Assembly (NCBI GenBank): GCA_044229975.1
Contig: JBGARZ010000017.1
Coordinates: 64,001-128,000, forward strand
Direction of reading: 5' to 3'
Origin: Polyangiales bacterium
Lineage (GTDB): Bacteria; Myxococcota_A; Polyangia; Polyangiales; Ga0077539
Length of the DNA stretch: 64,000 nucleotides
Positions 9,795-19,326 of this stretch are shown here, piece by piece; within the stretch, counting starts at the first letter, position 1; every line of letters starts with the position of its first letter. The notes below the pieces were generated by a model, which saw only the letters and a list, made by a program, of their open reading frames with translations, was not told the origin of the DNA and did no database searches. A program made the position numbers and the translations under genes.

Positions 9795-10448
9795 TCACAC
9801 CGTCCTCGCGGTGACGCCCACGGCGTACACGTCGTCGCCCACGACCTCGAGCTCGACCTTCGGCAGCGGGCGCGGGGGCGGCCCGGCGACGTTGCGCCCC
9901 GTGCGCAGGTCGAAGTATCCGTGGTGGCAGGGGCAGACCAGCGTCCCCCCGGCGAAGTCGGGCACCACCGCGCAGGACAGGTGTGTGCACGCCTGGCTGA
10001 AGGCCACCACCGTCTCAGCGTCCGGGCGCAGCAGCAGGCACGCGTCGTGGTCGCCCGGGTAGTGGAACATCTTCGCGGTCCCCACGGGCACCTCGCCCAG
10101 CGACGCGACCTTCACCCGCGGCGGCGCGCGGCGGGCGCGCACGAGGTGCTGCCCGGCGATCCACGCCTGCCCAACCACGAAGGCCCCGCTGGTGAGCACC
10201 AGGAACTTCGCGAGGTCGCGCCGCGCCACGTACTGGTCCTGCGGCCAGTCGATGGGGAAGTCCTGGCGCCACCGGGGCTGCTCGCCCATCGGGCGCCCGT
10301 CGGGGGCGACCGTAACGTCGTCGGGGTCGCGCGTGGGGGCGTACACGTCCGAGCGCGCGGTGCCCGTGAGCCCCTCGCGGCCGGGCGAGTCGACGCGGGG
10401 GTCGAGCGCCCGGTCCTGCTCGAAGCGGCGCTGCGGGTCGTCAGGCAC
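9795..10448 (-). CDS. Membrane-anchored Rieske [2Fe-2S] protein
   Basis: CTHLSC and CPCHHG boxes, GPPPRPL; ARRDLAKFL twin-Arg-like motif before a hydrophobic helix. Confidence 0.9.
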   Translation of the reverse strand: MPDDPQRRFEQDRALDPRVDSPGREGLTGTARSDVYAPTRDPDDVTVAPDGRPMGEQPRWRQDFPIDWPQDQYVARRDLAKFLVLTSGAFVVGQAWIAGQHLVRARRAPPRVKVASLGEVPVGTAKMFHYPGDHDACLLLRPDAETVVAFSQACTHLSCAVVPDFAGGTLVCPCHHGYFDLRTGRNVAGPPPRPLPKVELEVVGDDVYAVGVTARTV

Positions 10449-10451
10449 GGC

Positions 10452-11111
10452 TCACACCTCCACGTCGGCGAAGGGGTCGGCGCTGTCGGCGCCCAGCACC
10501 GGGAGGCGCACCGTCCGCGGGCGGGCGTGCTCGTCCATGGCGGCGACCACGTCCACGATCACGTCGCGCGCGGCGCCCTTCGGGGCCATCACGTTCACCC
10601 GGGTGGTGATGGTCTGGTCGCCGAAGCGGAAGCGGTTGACCGGCGTGGACTGCGGGCGCAGCGCCAGCACCTGCTCGCGCGTCCCGAAGAAGAGCGCCTG
10701 GCTCGGGCAGACCGTCGCGCACATGGGCCGCTTGCCCGCCGAGGAGCGGTCGTAGCACATGTCGCACTTCATCATGATCTGCCGGTCGAGGTAGAGCTCG
10801 GGCACCCCGAAGGGGCACGCCACCACGCAGTTGCCGCACGCGATGCACCGCGGCTTGCGGGCGCTCTGCACCACCCCGTCGGCGGTGCGCTTGATGGCGT
10901 CGGCGGGGCAAACCTCCGCGCAGGTCGGCTGCTCGCAGTGCATGCAGACCACGGGCACCGTCTGCACGGAGCTCGCGCGATCGACGTACTCCAGGTGGAT
11001 CATCGATTCGCCGCGGTGGGTGTCGCACTCGCTGCACGCCTGCACGCAGGCCTGGCATCCGATGCAGCGGCTCGGGTCGATGAAGAACTCCAGGTGGGCG
11101 GGCACGGGCAT
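10452..11111 (-). CDS. Four-cluster [4Fe-4S] electron transfer subunit (DmsB/NrfC-like)
   Basis: CIGCQAC..C, CMHC....C...CP, CIACGNC...CP, CDMC...C...CP. Confidence 0.92.
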   Translation of the reverse strand: MPVPAHLEFFIDPSRCIGCQACVQACSECDTHRGESMIHLEYVDRASSVQTVPVVCMHCEQPTCAEVCPADAIKRTADGVVQSARKPRCIACGNCVVACPFGVPELYLDRQIMMKCDMCYDRSSAGKRPMCATVCPSQALFFGTREQVLALRPQSTPVNRFRFGDQTITTRVNVMAPKGAARDVIVDVVAAMDEHARPRTVRLPVLGADSADPFADVEV

Positions 11112-11124
11112 GGGGCGTCTCCGG

Positions 11125-13392
11125 TCACTGCTGGGATTCGTGGGTGGCGGCGTAGGCGGGCGGCCCGGCGGCCTTGCGCACGCGGCAGCCGCAGACCTTG
11201 TACTGGGGGATCTTGCTGATCGGGTCCTGGGCGGCGACGGTGAGCCGGTTGGCGCTCTTCTCGCCGGGCCAGTGGTAGGGGACGAACACCGTGTCGGGGC
11301 GGATGGTGGTGACCACCATCGCGCGGAGGGTGACCTCGCCGCGGCGGGTCTCGCAGGTGGTCCAGTCGCCGTCGGCGATGCCGAGCTTGTCGGCGAGGCG
11401 CGGGTGCAGCTCGATGCAGGGCTCGGGGTACTGCTTCACCAGCGGGCCAATGCGCCGCGTCTGCGTGCCCGACAGGAACTGGCTCACCACCCGGCCCGTC
11501 GTGAGGAACAGCGGGTACTCCTCGGAGGCGTCGTCGACCGGGGCGCGGTAGTCGGCCACGTTGAAGCGCGCGCGCCCGTCGGGGAAGTAGAAGGGCCCCG
11601 TGCCCTTGGCGACGGGGTTGTAGCTCCCGGGCTCAAAGAGCCTCGGGGTGCCCGGGTGCTCGGGCGTCGGCGCGCCGGTCTGCGGGTCGTGGCTGTAGCA
11701 GGGCCAGAACACGCCCATCTGTCGCTCGATCTTCTCGTAGGTGATGCCCGAGTAGTCGGCGACGCCGCCCTTGCTGGCCACCCGCAGCTCCTCAAAGATC
11801 TCCCCCGCGCTCGCGAAGGTGAACCCGTGCGGGCGCTCGAGGGCGCGGGCGAGATCCTGGATGATCTCCCAGTCGCGCTTCGCCTCGCCTGGGCACTCGA
11901 CGGCCCGGTTGATCTTGATGACCCGCCCCTCGACCTGGGTGACCGTGCCCTCGTCCTCCTCCTGGAGGCTCCCCGGCAGGACGAGGTTGGCGTGGCGGGC
12001 CGAGTCGTTGAGGAAGAAGTCGATCGCCACGTAGAACTCGAGCTTCTCCAGCGCGCGCGCGATGAACCCGTTGTCGGGCAGCGAGATCTTGGGGTTGAAG
12101 CAGATCGATATCAGCCCCTTGATCTCCCCCGCGTCGATCTTCCGGAACATCTCGTAGGCGTCGACGCCGGGCCCCGGGATGGACGCCTCCTCGACGCCCC
12201 ACACCGACGCGACGTACTTGCGGTGCTCGGGGTTGGAGATGTCGCGCCAGCCCGGGAGCTGGTCGCACTTCTGCCCGTGCTCGCGCCCCCCCTGCCCGTT
12301 GGCCTGGCCGACGATGGTGCCGTAGCCGCACTTGGGCTTGCCGATGCGCCCAGAGGCCAGCACGAGGTTGATGCTCCCGAGGGAGTTCTGCACCCCGTTG
12401 GAGTGGTGCTCGATGCCGCGCGCGTGGAAGAGGAAGCTCGACTTCGCCGTCCCCCACAGCTCCGCCGCGGCGCGGAGCGAGCGCTCGGGAACGCCCGTCA
12501 CCTCCGCGGTGCGCGCGGGCGTCCACTGCGCGCAGTACTCCTCCACCTTGTCGAAGCCGACGGTGTGGGCGTCGATGAAGTCCCGGTCGATCCACCCCCT
12601 CTCGATCATCAGGTGGAGCACGCCCGCGAAGAGCGCGGCGTCGCGCCCGGGGCGCACTGGGAGGTAGAGGTCGCAGGTGCGCGCGACGGGGGTGATGCGC
12701 GGGTCCTGCACAATGACCTTCGCGCCCATCTCGCGGGCCTGCCAGATGTAGTTGGTGGTGATGGGCGAACACTCGGCGACGTTCGACCCGGCGACCCAGA
12801 TCACCTCCGTGCCGACCATGTCCGACCAGGGGTTGGTGGTGCGGTCGACGCCGAAGGCCTTCTTGTTGGCGGCCCCCGCGCTCACCATGCAGAGCCGCCC
12901 ATTGTAGTCGATGAAGGGGGTCTTCAAGCACACGCGCGCGAACTTGCCGAGGAGGTAGGTCTTCTCGGTGGTGAGGCTCGCCCCCCCGAGTACGCCCACG
13001 GCGCCCGGGCCGTGCTCCTTCTGGAGCCGCCCGATCTCGCGCGCGGCGAGCGCGATGGCCTCGGCATACGGCATCGGGCGAAACCCGCCGGACGCCGAGG
13101 GGTCGCGCCGCACGGCAGTGAGCAGCCGGTCGGGGTGCGAGCCCTGGAGGTAGCGCTTGACCCCTTTGGGGCAGAGCATCCCGCGGTTGAAGGGGAACTC
13201 CTCCCAGGGCTCGAAGCCGACGACCTCGTTGCCGCGCACCTTCAACTGGATGCCGCACTGCTGCCCGCAGAAGCAGCAGTGGGTCTTCACCAGCTTGTCG
13301 GGCTCGCCGCTCTCGGGTCCGCGGACGGACGCCGACAGGTGCGGCCCGAAGGCGCGGGTGATCTCGAGGTCGTCGACGGGGAGGGTGGCCAT
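11125..13392 (-). CDS. Mo-bis-PGD oxidoreductase catalytic subunit, Nas/Nap nitrate-reductase-like
   Basis: [13 protein letters not shown] [4Fe-4S] motif; NGRLCMVS (Cys ligand followed by Met); [25 protein letters not shown]. No signal peptide. Confidence 0.88.
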   Translation of the reverse strand: MATLPVDDLEITRAFGPHLSASVRGPESGEPDKLVKTHCCFCGQQCGIQLKVRGNEVVGFEPWEEFPFNRGMLCPKGVKRYLQGSHPDRLLTAVRRDPSASGGFRPMPYAEAIALAAREIGRLQKEHGPGAVGVLGGASLTTEKTYLLGKFARVCLKTPFIDYNGRLCMVSAGAANKKAFGVDRTTNPWSDMVGTEVIWVAGSNVAECSPITTNYIWQAREMGAKVIVQDPRITPVARTCDLYLPVRPGRDAALFAGVLHLMIERGWIDRDFIDAHTVGFDKVEEYCAQWTPARTAEVTGVPERSLRAAAELWGTAKSSFLFHARGIEHHSNGVQNSLGSINLVLASGRIGKPKCGYGTIVGQANGQGGREHGQKCDQLPGWRDISNPEHRKYVASVWGVEEASIPGPGVDAYEMFRKIDAGEIKGLISICFNPKISLPDNGFIARALEKLEFYVAIDFFLNDSARHANLVLPGSLQEEDEGTVTQVEGRVIKINRAVECPGEAKRDWEIIQDLARALERPHGFTFASAGEIFEELRVASKGGVADYSGITYEKIERQMGVFWPCYSHDPQTGAPTPEHPGTPRLFEPGSYNPVAKGTGPFYFPDGRARFNVADYRAPVDDASEEYPLFLTTGRVVSQFLSGTQTRRIGPLVKQYPEPCIELHPRLADKLGIADGDWTTCETRRGEVTLRAMVVTTIRPDTVFVPYHWPGEKSANRLTVAAQDPISKIPQYKVCGCRVRKAAGPPAYAATHESQQ

Positions 13393-13396
13393 GCGG

Positions 13397-14464
13397 CTAA
13401 GGGCTCACTTTCGGTGTGGACCAGAGGGCGCCCTGTGCGAGCCCGAAGAGGGCGCGTCGGCACTTGGGGCAGACCTGCTGGTAGTGCTTCCCCTCGCCGC
13501 GGGCCGTGAGCTCGTAGCGGAACCCGAGCTCGCGCTCGACGGTGACGAGGTCGCGCACCATCGCGGCCGATGCGTACGGGGCGTCGCAGCGCGCGCAGCG
13601 GGCCTGCTCGCTCCGGTTGCCGGCGTCCTTGTAGAAGCTGACCCCCAGCTGCGCGGGGCGCTGGAAGACGTGGAAGAGCTTGCCGAAGGGCAGCCAGAGC
13701 AACGTGAGGATCACTACCGCGGCGTGCAGGATGGCGAGGAAGGGGTACGCGTAGCCGCGCATCCACGTGTAGCTCACGGTGAGCATCAGCCCCGTGACGC
13801 TGACGGCGAGGAGCAGCACCAGAGGGAGGATATCCTCGCCGAACTGCTGCACCGCCGCGGCGCCGTGGTCGATCATGCGCCGGCGGAACGCGAGCATCAC
13901 CCCGACGATGACGAGAAGCGACGACCAGACGAGCCCGTGGAAGAGCACGAACCCGACGAGCGAGCGCACCGGGAACTCCCCCGCGGCGACGCCGAAGACG
14001 AAGGCGCGGTAGGTATCGAGCTGCCCCGGGACGGTCTCGAAATGGATCCAGCCCCAGACGAGCGGGAAGGTGATCGCGGCGGCCAGGAGGCAGCCCCACA
14101 TGATGGCCCAGTGGGCCAGGCCCCGGAGGGATCCGCGCCGGAAGATGAAGCGGTTGGCGGCGAACTCCAGCAGGGCGCGCCGCCCGAGCTCGGCGAGGTT
14201 GGTGCCGAGGAAGCGCGGCGTGAAGAAGACCTGCCACCCGCGGCGCCAGTACATCCGCGTCGGCGGCCGCTGGAGCCACATGGTGTAGCGCCAGGTAATG
14301 CCGAAGGTCGCGAACAGCGTCGCGAAGGTGTAGCCCACCAGCGCGGCGTCGAAGTGCGCGAGGTTGCGCGAACCGAGCACGATAAACGCAGCGAGCGTTG
14401 TGGTGAAGGTCGTCGCCCACGTGAAGGCCTTGAGTCGAGGCTTGTCTCGCGCCACGTCAGCCAC
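13397..14464 (-). CDS. Polytopic membrane protein, NarI/cytochrome b-like, with C-terminal Cys4 motif
   Basis: Several TM helices carrying His ([17 protein letters not shown]), WLPFGKLFH motif, and CARC...CPKC. Confidence 0.7.
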   Translation of the reverse strand: MADVARDKPRLKAFTWATTFTTTLAAFIVLGSRNLAHFDAALVGYTFATLFATFGITWRYTMWLQRPPTRMYWRRGWQVFFTPRFLGTNLAELGRRALLEFAANRFIFRRGSLRGLAHWAIMWGCLLAAAITFPLVWGWIHFETVPGQLDTYRAFVFGVAAGEFPVRSLVGFVLFHGLVWSSLLVIVGVMLAFRRRMIDHGAAAVQQFGEDILPLVLLLAVSVTGLMLTVSYTWMRGYAYPFLAILHAAVVILTLLWLPFGKLFHVFQRPAQLGVSFYKDAGNRSEQARCARCDAPYASAAMVRDLVTVERELGFRYELTARGEGKHYQQVCPKCRRALFGLAQGALWSTPKVSP

Positions 14465-14735
14465 CGTGGGTGGTTCTTACAGCCCCTGCCGCCGGGGCGG
14501 AAGCCTCCGCATCGTCGATCCTCGCGGGGTCGCCCGGCGGTCTGCACAGCACCGCGCCCCGCCGCCCGCCGGACGGCAACAGGAATCCCACGCACCCCGG
14601 GCAGACCGCGCAGACCGCGACGAACGTCGTGCCGACGTAGCGATCGCAGTCCACCGTCAGTCGGCGCACCACGGTCCCTTCCACGGTGACCATCTCCTGC
14701 ACCCCGATGTCACGCTCGACGAGGTCCGCCATCAT
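14457..14735 (-). CDS. Small five-cysteine protein, first gene of the Mo-enzyme operon
   Basis: GGAG 8 nt upstream and a sigma54 box; stop overlaps the next GTG; gapless similarity to the N-terminal domain of 34027-34677. Confidence 0.75.
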   Translation of the reverse strand: MMADLVERDIGVQEMVTVEGTVVRRLTVDCDRYVGTTFVAVCAVCPGCVGFLLPSGGRRGAVLCRPPGDPARIDDAEASAPAAGAVRTTHGG

Positions 14736-14786
14736 GTTCTTTGCTCCAGCGCGGACCCTGATTGTGGTGCCGCCGAGCAGCCACAG

Positions 14787-14802
14787 AGCAGTCCACGTGC
14801 CA
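14787..14802 (-). promoter_or_regulatory. sigma54 promoter of the Mo-enzyme operon
   Basis: Minus strand TGGCACGTGGACTGCT; 15/16 identical to the box at 16158. Confidence 0.75.
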
Positions 14803-14843
14803 TCACCCTCGCCCCTCCGTACAAGTTCGGAGCGCTCAGTCCG

Positions 14844-15252
14844 ATGCGCCTTGACGGGTTCGTGTCCTTAGAGTCGCGATCCGAGACGAAGCACCGCATC
14901 CTTCTGGTGGAGGACGACGCGGGCACCGCGCGGACGCACTCGCGCCTCCTGGGCGAGGACGGCTACGAGGTGGAGGTCGCCTCCGACAGCGCCGAGGCGT
15001 TGGACCGCCTCGACCGCGCGCCCGCCCCGGACGTCCTCATCTCCGACTTCCTGCTGCCGCACGCCGACGGCCTCGCGGTGGCAAGCCACGCCCGCGCGCG
15101 CCGACCGGCGCTCCCGGTGGTCATGGTCACCAGCTCCGCGGAGGTGCTCGCGCGCCTCGACCGCCGGCTCGATCCCCCCGCGGTGATGCTGGCCAAGCTG
15201 CTCGACTACGCGGCACTGACGCGCGCTCGAAGCGCTGCTCGCGCCGACGTAG
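14844..15252 (+). pseudogene. Single-domain response regulator with 3' frameshift
   Basis: ILLVEDD..DVLISD..DGL..VMVTS. Adding 2 nt in the GCGCGC run near 15221 gives ALEALLAPT* (TAG 15250), abutting the convergent USP stop. Paralog of 33629. Confidence 0.65.
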
Positions 15253-15253
15253 T

Positions 15254-15694
15254 TCAGGCGGAGGGGGCGGGCTGCGGGCGCACGACGAGCGCGCTCCGAT
15301 CGAGGTGGGTGACCACGCGACTCGCGGTGGTGCCGAGCAGGCCGTCGAGCGTGCGGTGGCCGTGGGCGCCGATCACCACCAGCGCCGCGTTCTCGTGGAG
15401 CGCGACGTCGCAGATCACCCGCCACGCCGCGCCGTACTCCACGCGCACCGTGGCGTTGACGTCCGCCGGGAGCAGCGCGCGCAGCCCTTCGAGCTCGGAG
15501 CGGGCGCTGCGCTCGATGAGCTGGGCGACCTGGTCAGGCGCCATGGCGTAGGCCTCCAGCGGCAACTCGGAGGGGATGCCGAGGGCGCGCAGGAGGACGA
15601 GGTCGGCGCTGCGCCAGCGAGCCTCCTCGACGGCCGCGGCGAGCACGGCGGGGGCGATCGGGGTCGAATCCACGGGGACAAGGATCTTCGTCAT
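15254..15694 (-). CDS. Universal stress protein
   Basis: KILVPVD..LVVIGAHG..LLGTTASRV. Confidence 0.9.
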   Translation of the reverse strand: MTKILVPVDSTPIAPAVLAAAVEEARWRSADLVLLRALGIPSELPLEAYAMAPDQVAQLIERSARSELEGLRALLPADVNATVRVEYGAAWRVICDVALHENAALVVIGAHGHRTLDGLLGTTASRVVTHLDRSALVVRPQPAPSA

Positions 15695-15719
15695 GGGGAA
15701 TGCTCCTTCACGACGCGCC

Positions 15720-16130
15720 TCAGCGCGCCTCGGCCTGGATCTCGGTGAGCTCCTCAGCCGCGACGCCGCGCCACCGGTAGAGCGTCTCCTCCTCGTGGCG
15801 TCCGTGCGCTCGCAGGTGAGAGAGAAGGCGGTTCATCGCGTCTTCGCGCACGGTGTGCAGCTCGATGGCAATGCCGACGTCGGAGAGGGCGTCCCGAATC
15901 TGCGCGTGCTCGGCCTGGATCCGGCGCGCCGCGTCCGGGGCGATCAGCTCGAAGCGCGGCAGGAGCTGGAGCTCCTCGAAGTCCATGTGCGCGCGGAGCC
16001 TCGTCTCCAGCGGGCCCCAGGCCTCGTCGATAGCGGCCGTGTCGCCGCAATGGACGCGGTTGGCGAGGTCTTCGTAGAGCGCGTCGAGGTCCTTGTGTTC
16101 GTGAGTGAGGCGTTCTCCCAGCGTCGTCAT
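15720..16130 (-). CDS. Hemerythrin (HHE) domain protein
   Basis: EH, HMDFEE, EH, HGRHEE ligand pattern; ATG 16130 with GGAG upstream. Confidence 0.82.
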   Translation of the reverse strand: MTTLGERLTHEHKDLDALYEDLANRVHCGDTAAIDEAWGPLETRLRAHMDFEELQLLPRFELIAPDAARRIQAEHAQIRDALSDVGIAIELHTVREDAMNRLLSHLRAHGRHEEETLYRWRGVAAEELTEIQAEAR

Positions 16131-16157
16131 CGCATTCTCCGTTCGACCGGGGCGTAG

Positions 16158-16173
16158 AGCAGTCGACGTGCCA
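16158..16173 (-). promoter_or_regulatory. sigma54 promoter of hemerythrin-USP
   Basis: Minus strand TGGCACGTCGACTGCT. Confidence 0.75.
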
Positions 16174-16213
16174 CCGCGGCCCGCGGCCGAATGGATGCCG
16201 GGACGGTCGCTTC

Positions 16214-16248
16214 GCGCAGACGCTGCGCCCCACGCGCAAGGCGTGCGA
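16214..16248. promoter_or_regulatory. Tandem GCGCA-N5-TGCGC sites between divergent sigma54 promoters
   Basis: Perfect GCGCAgacgcTGCGC (16214) and GCGCAaggcgTGCGA (16234). Confidence 0.72.
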
Positions 16249-16288
16249 GCGCCGCGCCCGGCGACGGCGGTGGCTTCGGATCGACAAA

Positions 16289-16304
16289 CGGCACGCCCCG
16301 TGCG
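16289..16304 (+). promoter_or_regulatory. sigma54 promoter of the PAS-like gene
   Basis: CGGCACGCCCCGTGCG. Confidence 0.6.
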
Positions 16305-16362
16305 AACGCGTCTGGCCTTTGGTCCCGCGGTGTCGCGCGGGCGGTCGCGACGAGGAACAACG

Positions 16363-17007
16363 ATGTCCCATGCGAGGCAACCGATCGGGTCCCAGGCGCC
16401 TCTGCCGACCTTCCTCCGCGCGGCCTTCGACGAGGCCTCGCTGGAGGAGAGCCGGTCGACGCTCGTGGCCGTGGCGCCGACGGGCGAGATCCTCTGGGTG
16501 AACTGCGCGTGGTGGGACTTCGCGCGCGCCAACGGCGGCGACGAGGTGCCCACGCGGTTCGGCGTGGGCGCATCGTACTTCGACGGGATCGCGCCGCCCC
16601 TGCGCGCCTACTACGAGGAAGCACTAGCGGGCGCCCTGCGCGCCGCCGAGCCCTTCGAGCAGGACTACGAGTGCTCCTCACCGGACGTCTTCCGGCTCCA
16701 CCACCTGAGGGCGCTCCCCTTCGGATGGGACGGGCTGCTGCTCGAGCACAGCCTCGTGCTGGAGCGCGAGCACGGCGACGACGGCGATCTGCGCGACGAG
16801 GGCGGGATCGTTCGACAGTGCTCCAACTGCCGCCGGGTCGAGCGCCCGTCGGACGGGTCGTGGGTGCACGTACGATCCCAGATGGTCGCCCCGCGCCCGA
16901 ATGTCAGCCACGGCATCTGCCCCCTGTGCGTCGGCTTCTACTGGGGCGTCCTGCTGAACGACGAGCCGCCGACGCCCGTTGGCCCGGAAGAGGGGACGCA
17001 GGGATGA
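16363..17007 (+). CDS. PAS-like protein with C-terminal CxxC...SHGICPxC motif
   Basis: GEILWVN.AW..FARANGG, YECSSP, QCSNCRRV...W...SHGICPLC. Confidence 0.7.
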   Translation: MSHARQPIGSQAPLPTFLRAAFDEASLEESRSTLVAVAPTGEILWVNCAWWDFARANGGDEVPTRFGVGASYFDGIAPPLRAYYEEALAGALRAAEPFEQDYECSSPDVFRLHHLRALPFGWDGLLLEHSLVLEREHGDDGDLRDEGGIVRQCSNCRRVERPSDGSWVHVRSQMVAPRPNVSHGICPLCVGFYWGVLLNDEPPTPVGPEEGTQG

Positions 17008-17353
17008 AGATCCTGGTGGTCGACGACGATGTCTCACATTCAAGGTGGTGACCCTCCTGCTGCGCCAGGAGGGCCACGAGGTCGACGCCTGCACGTGCGG
17101 GGAGGACGCCCTGACGCGGCTGCGGTCCGCGCAACACGAGGTGCTCCTGACCGACCTGGTCATGCCCGGCATGAGCGGCATCGAGCTCGTGCGGCGGGCC
17201 CGCGAGCACGACGGCGCGTTGCGCTGCGCGATCCTCAGCGGCCACGAGGACGGCGGTGCGGGCGCGGCGGTGCGGCTGCGCAAGCCACTGGACTTCGAGG
17301 CGTTGATCGCGACCCTCGACGCGTGGCAGAGGGAGGGCGTCGCGGTGCGGTGA
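17004..17353 (+). pseudogene. Single-domain response regulator, frameshifted near 17033
   Basis: MKILVVDDD starts at ATG 17004 in one frame; LLTDLVMPGMSG..KP continues in another frame. Confidence 0.75.
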
Positions 17354-17381
17354 GTGACGGCGCGCCCTACCCGAAGGTGTT

Positions 17382-17894
17382 CTACGCGCACTCCGTGGCC
17401 CCGGCGTCGGGCGCACACTCGGCGTCGGGCTCCAAGCGCGCGAGGAGCGCGGACAGGCGCAGACCGGTGTGGACTAGCGCGTCCTGGAGCATCGTCTCGA
17501 TGTCGTGGTCGACCGCGTAGACGTGAGGGTCTGCCGGGTCGTCGTCCGAGGCTGCGACCATGAGGACCCACGTACCAGAGTTGGCGCTGCCGACCTCGAT
17601 CAGCGGCGTCGGGGATTGGTCGAGCACGGGATCGAGGGTGTCTTCGAGGCTACGGCCCGGCCCGAACCGCACCCACTGCCCGGCTTGGAGGAAAGGCGCC
17701 GCCGGGTCCCGGACGCGGAGGGTTCGTTCGCCCCAGGCGAAGCCCGCGAGGAGCGACCACAGGGTGGATCCGGGCGTGAGGGACCCCGGCGTCGACCACA
17801 GCGCGCCGACGGGCCCCGGGTCCCGTCGGCGAATTCCCAGGCGGGCGGCCTCTCGCGCGACCGGAGGTTGCAGGCGTTCCACGCCCGGCATCAT
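17382..17894 (-). CDS. Hypothetical protein, weak SUKH/SMI1-KNR4-like C-terminus
   Basis: Protein-like composition; LIEVG..G..L......DPHVYAVDHD...LSALL pattern. Confidence 0.4.
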   Translation of the reverse strand: MMPGVERLQPPVAREAARLGIRRRDPGPVGALWSTPGSLTPGSTLWSLLAGFAWGERTLRVRDPAAPFLQAGQWVRFGPGRSLEDTLDPVLDQSPTPLIEVGSANSGTWVLMVAASDDDPADPHVYAVDHDIETMLQDALVHTGLRLSALLARLEPDAECAPDAGATECA

Positions 17895-17944
17895 CGCCGG
17901 GCGTACGTGGGATGACCATCGGGCCCCCAACCCGAAGCCGACGC

Positions 17945-18571
17945 TCAATAGGAGATGGAGACCCCGCGGCGGATCAGTGTCCGGTCGTCGACCTGCCTGA
18001 GCATGAAGTCGGCAAGGTCGGCCCGGGCGACGCGGGCCAACGCGCCAAGATGAATGGTCTCTCCGACCCGCCAGCTCCCGCGCGGCGCGCCGTCGGTGAG
18101 GCGCGGCGGGTGCACGAGCGTCCAGTCCAGGTCGCTCGCCGTCACCAGCGTCTCCTGGAGGCGCCGGTCGGCCAGCGAAGCCTGTGGGATGGCGGCGCGC
18201 AGGGTGCGGTAGAGCCAGCCGAGCCCTTCGGTGGGGTGGCCGATCATCGCGCCCGTGACGATCACCAGCCGGGGGACGTGCTCGCTCTTCATCGCCGCGA
18301 TCAGGTGCTGCGTCCCCTCGGAACACAGCGTCGGCGGCGAACCCGTCGCCGGGCCCAACACGCAGAGGACGGCGTCCTGGCCCCTCACCGCGGGCGCGAG
18401 GGTCGCTGCTTGGAGGACGTTCCCCTCGGCGCGTACGACCTCGGCGGGGAAGAGATCTGGCGGCGCCCCTGGAGGGACGAGCGCGGTCACGCCGAGGCCG
18501 CGGGAAAGGGCGCTGGCGACGAGGTGACGACCGGTGCGGCCCGAGGCGCCAACGATCAGTACGCGGGTCAT
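17945..18571 (-). CDS. NAD(P)H-binding flavin reductase/BLVRB-like atypical SDR
   Basis: GASGRTG, GQDAV, SDLDWTLVHPPRL, RADLADFML. Confidence 0.85.
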   Translation of the reverse strand: MTRVLIVGASGRTGRHLVASALSRGLGVTALVPPGAPPDLFPAEVVRAEGNVLQAATLAPAVRGQDAVLCVLGPATGSPPTLCSEGTQHLIAAMKSEHVPRLVIVTGAMIGHPTEGLGWLYRTLRAAIPQASLADRRLQETLVTASDLDWTLVHPPRLTDGAPRGSWRVGETIHLGALARVARADLADFMLRQVDDRTLIRRGVSISY

Positions 18572-18588
18572 TGGAGGCTCCTACGGTT

Positions 18589-19326
18589 TCAGTGGCAGTG
18601 GCAGTGGGCGGGCGACATCGCGGGGACGGTCGGTTGCAGGAAGACGGCGGTCTGCTGGCAGACGGCGACCAGGCTCAGCACCCCCATCACGCCGAGCGCG
18701 AAGCCGATGGCGCGCCGCACTGGCGCCCGGCGCACCAGGGACGAAAGCACCCCGGCGGCGACGGACATGGCGAGCAGCATCGGCAGCGTCCCGAGCCCGA
18801 ACGCCATCATCGCGAGCGCGCCCGTGGTGGCCGACCCGGCGCTCAGCGCCAGCGCGAGCGCGGTGTACACGAGGCCACAGGGCAGCCACCCCCACAAGAC
18901 ACCTAGCGCTATCGCCTGGCGCGGCGAGCGCACCGGCAGCAGCGCCTGCGCGGCCGGTCGGAGGCGCTCCCAGAGCGGCGCGCCGAGCGCTTCGAGCCGG
19001 GCGAAGAGCGGCCACACGCCCGCGAGGTAGAGGCCCGCGCCCAGCATCAGCGCGCCTGCCACGGCCTTGAGTGCGAGCTGGGCTCCCGCGACGGGCCAGA
19101 GACCCTGGGCGACGGCGCCGAGCCCGCCCGCGAGGAGCCCGGCGAACGTGTACGACCCGATGCGGCCGAGGTTATAGGCCAGCAGGTAGGGGAGCGGCCG
19201 CGAGCGCGCCTCGGCCGGCAGGCCCGCGCAGAGGACGCCCACGACGCCGCCGCACATCAGCACGCAGTGGGTGCTGCCCGCGAGCCCGAGCGCGAAGGCA
19301 GCGACGATCGTCGCGTCGACCGTCAC
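18589..19326 (-). CDS. cbb3-associated DsbD_2/sulfite-exporter-like membrane protein
   Basis: HCVLMCGG, YNLGRIGSY, GWLPCGLVY, FGLGTLP. Confidence 0.85.
   Translation of the reverse strand: MTVDATIVAAFALGLAGSTHCVLMCGGVVGVLCAGLPAEARSRPLPYLLAYNLGRIGSYTFAGLLAGGLGAVAQGLWPVAGAQLALKAVAGALMLGAGLYLAGVWPLFARLEALGAPLWERLRPAAQALLPVRSPRQAIALGVLWGWLPCGLVYTALALALSAGSATTGALAMMAFGLGTLPMLLAMSVAAGVLSSLVRRAPVRRAIGFALGVMGVLSLVAVCQQTAVFLQPTVPAMSPAHCHCH

Noticed and set aside
11125..13392. Formate dehydrogenase alpha subunit
   Set aside because: The ligand motif is RLCM rather than Cys/Sec-His, and [10 protein letters not shown] replaces the FDH RGxxNVQG motif.
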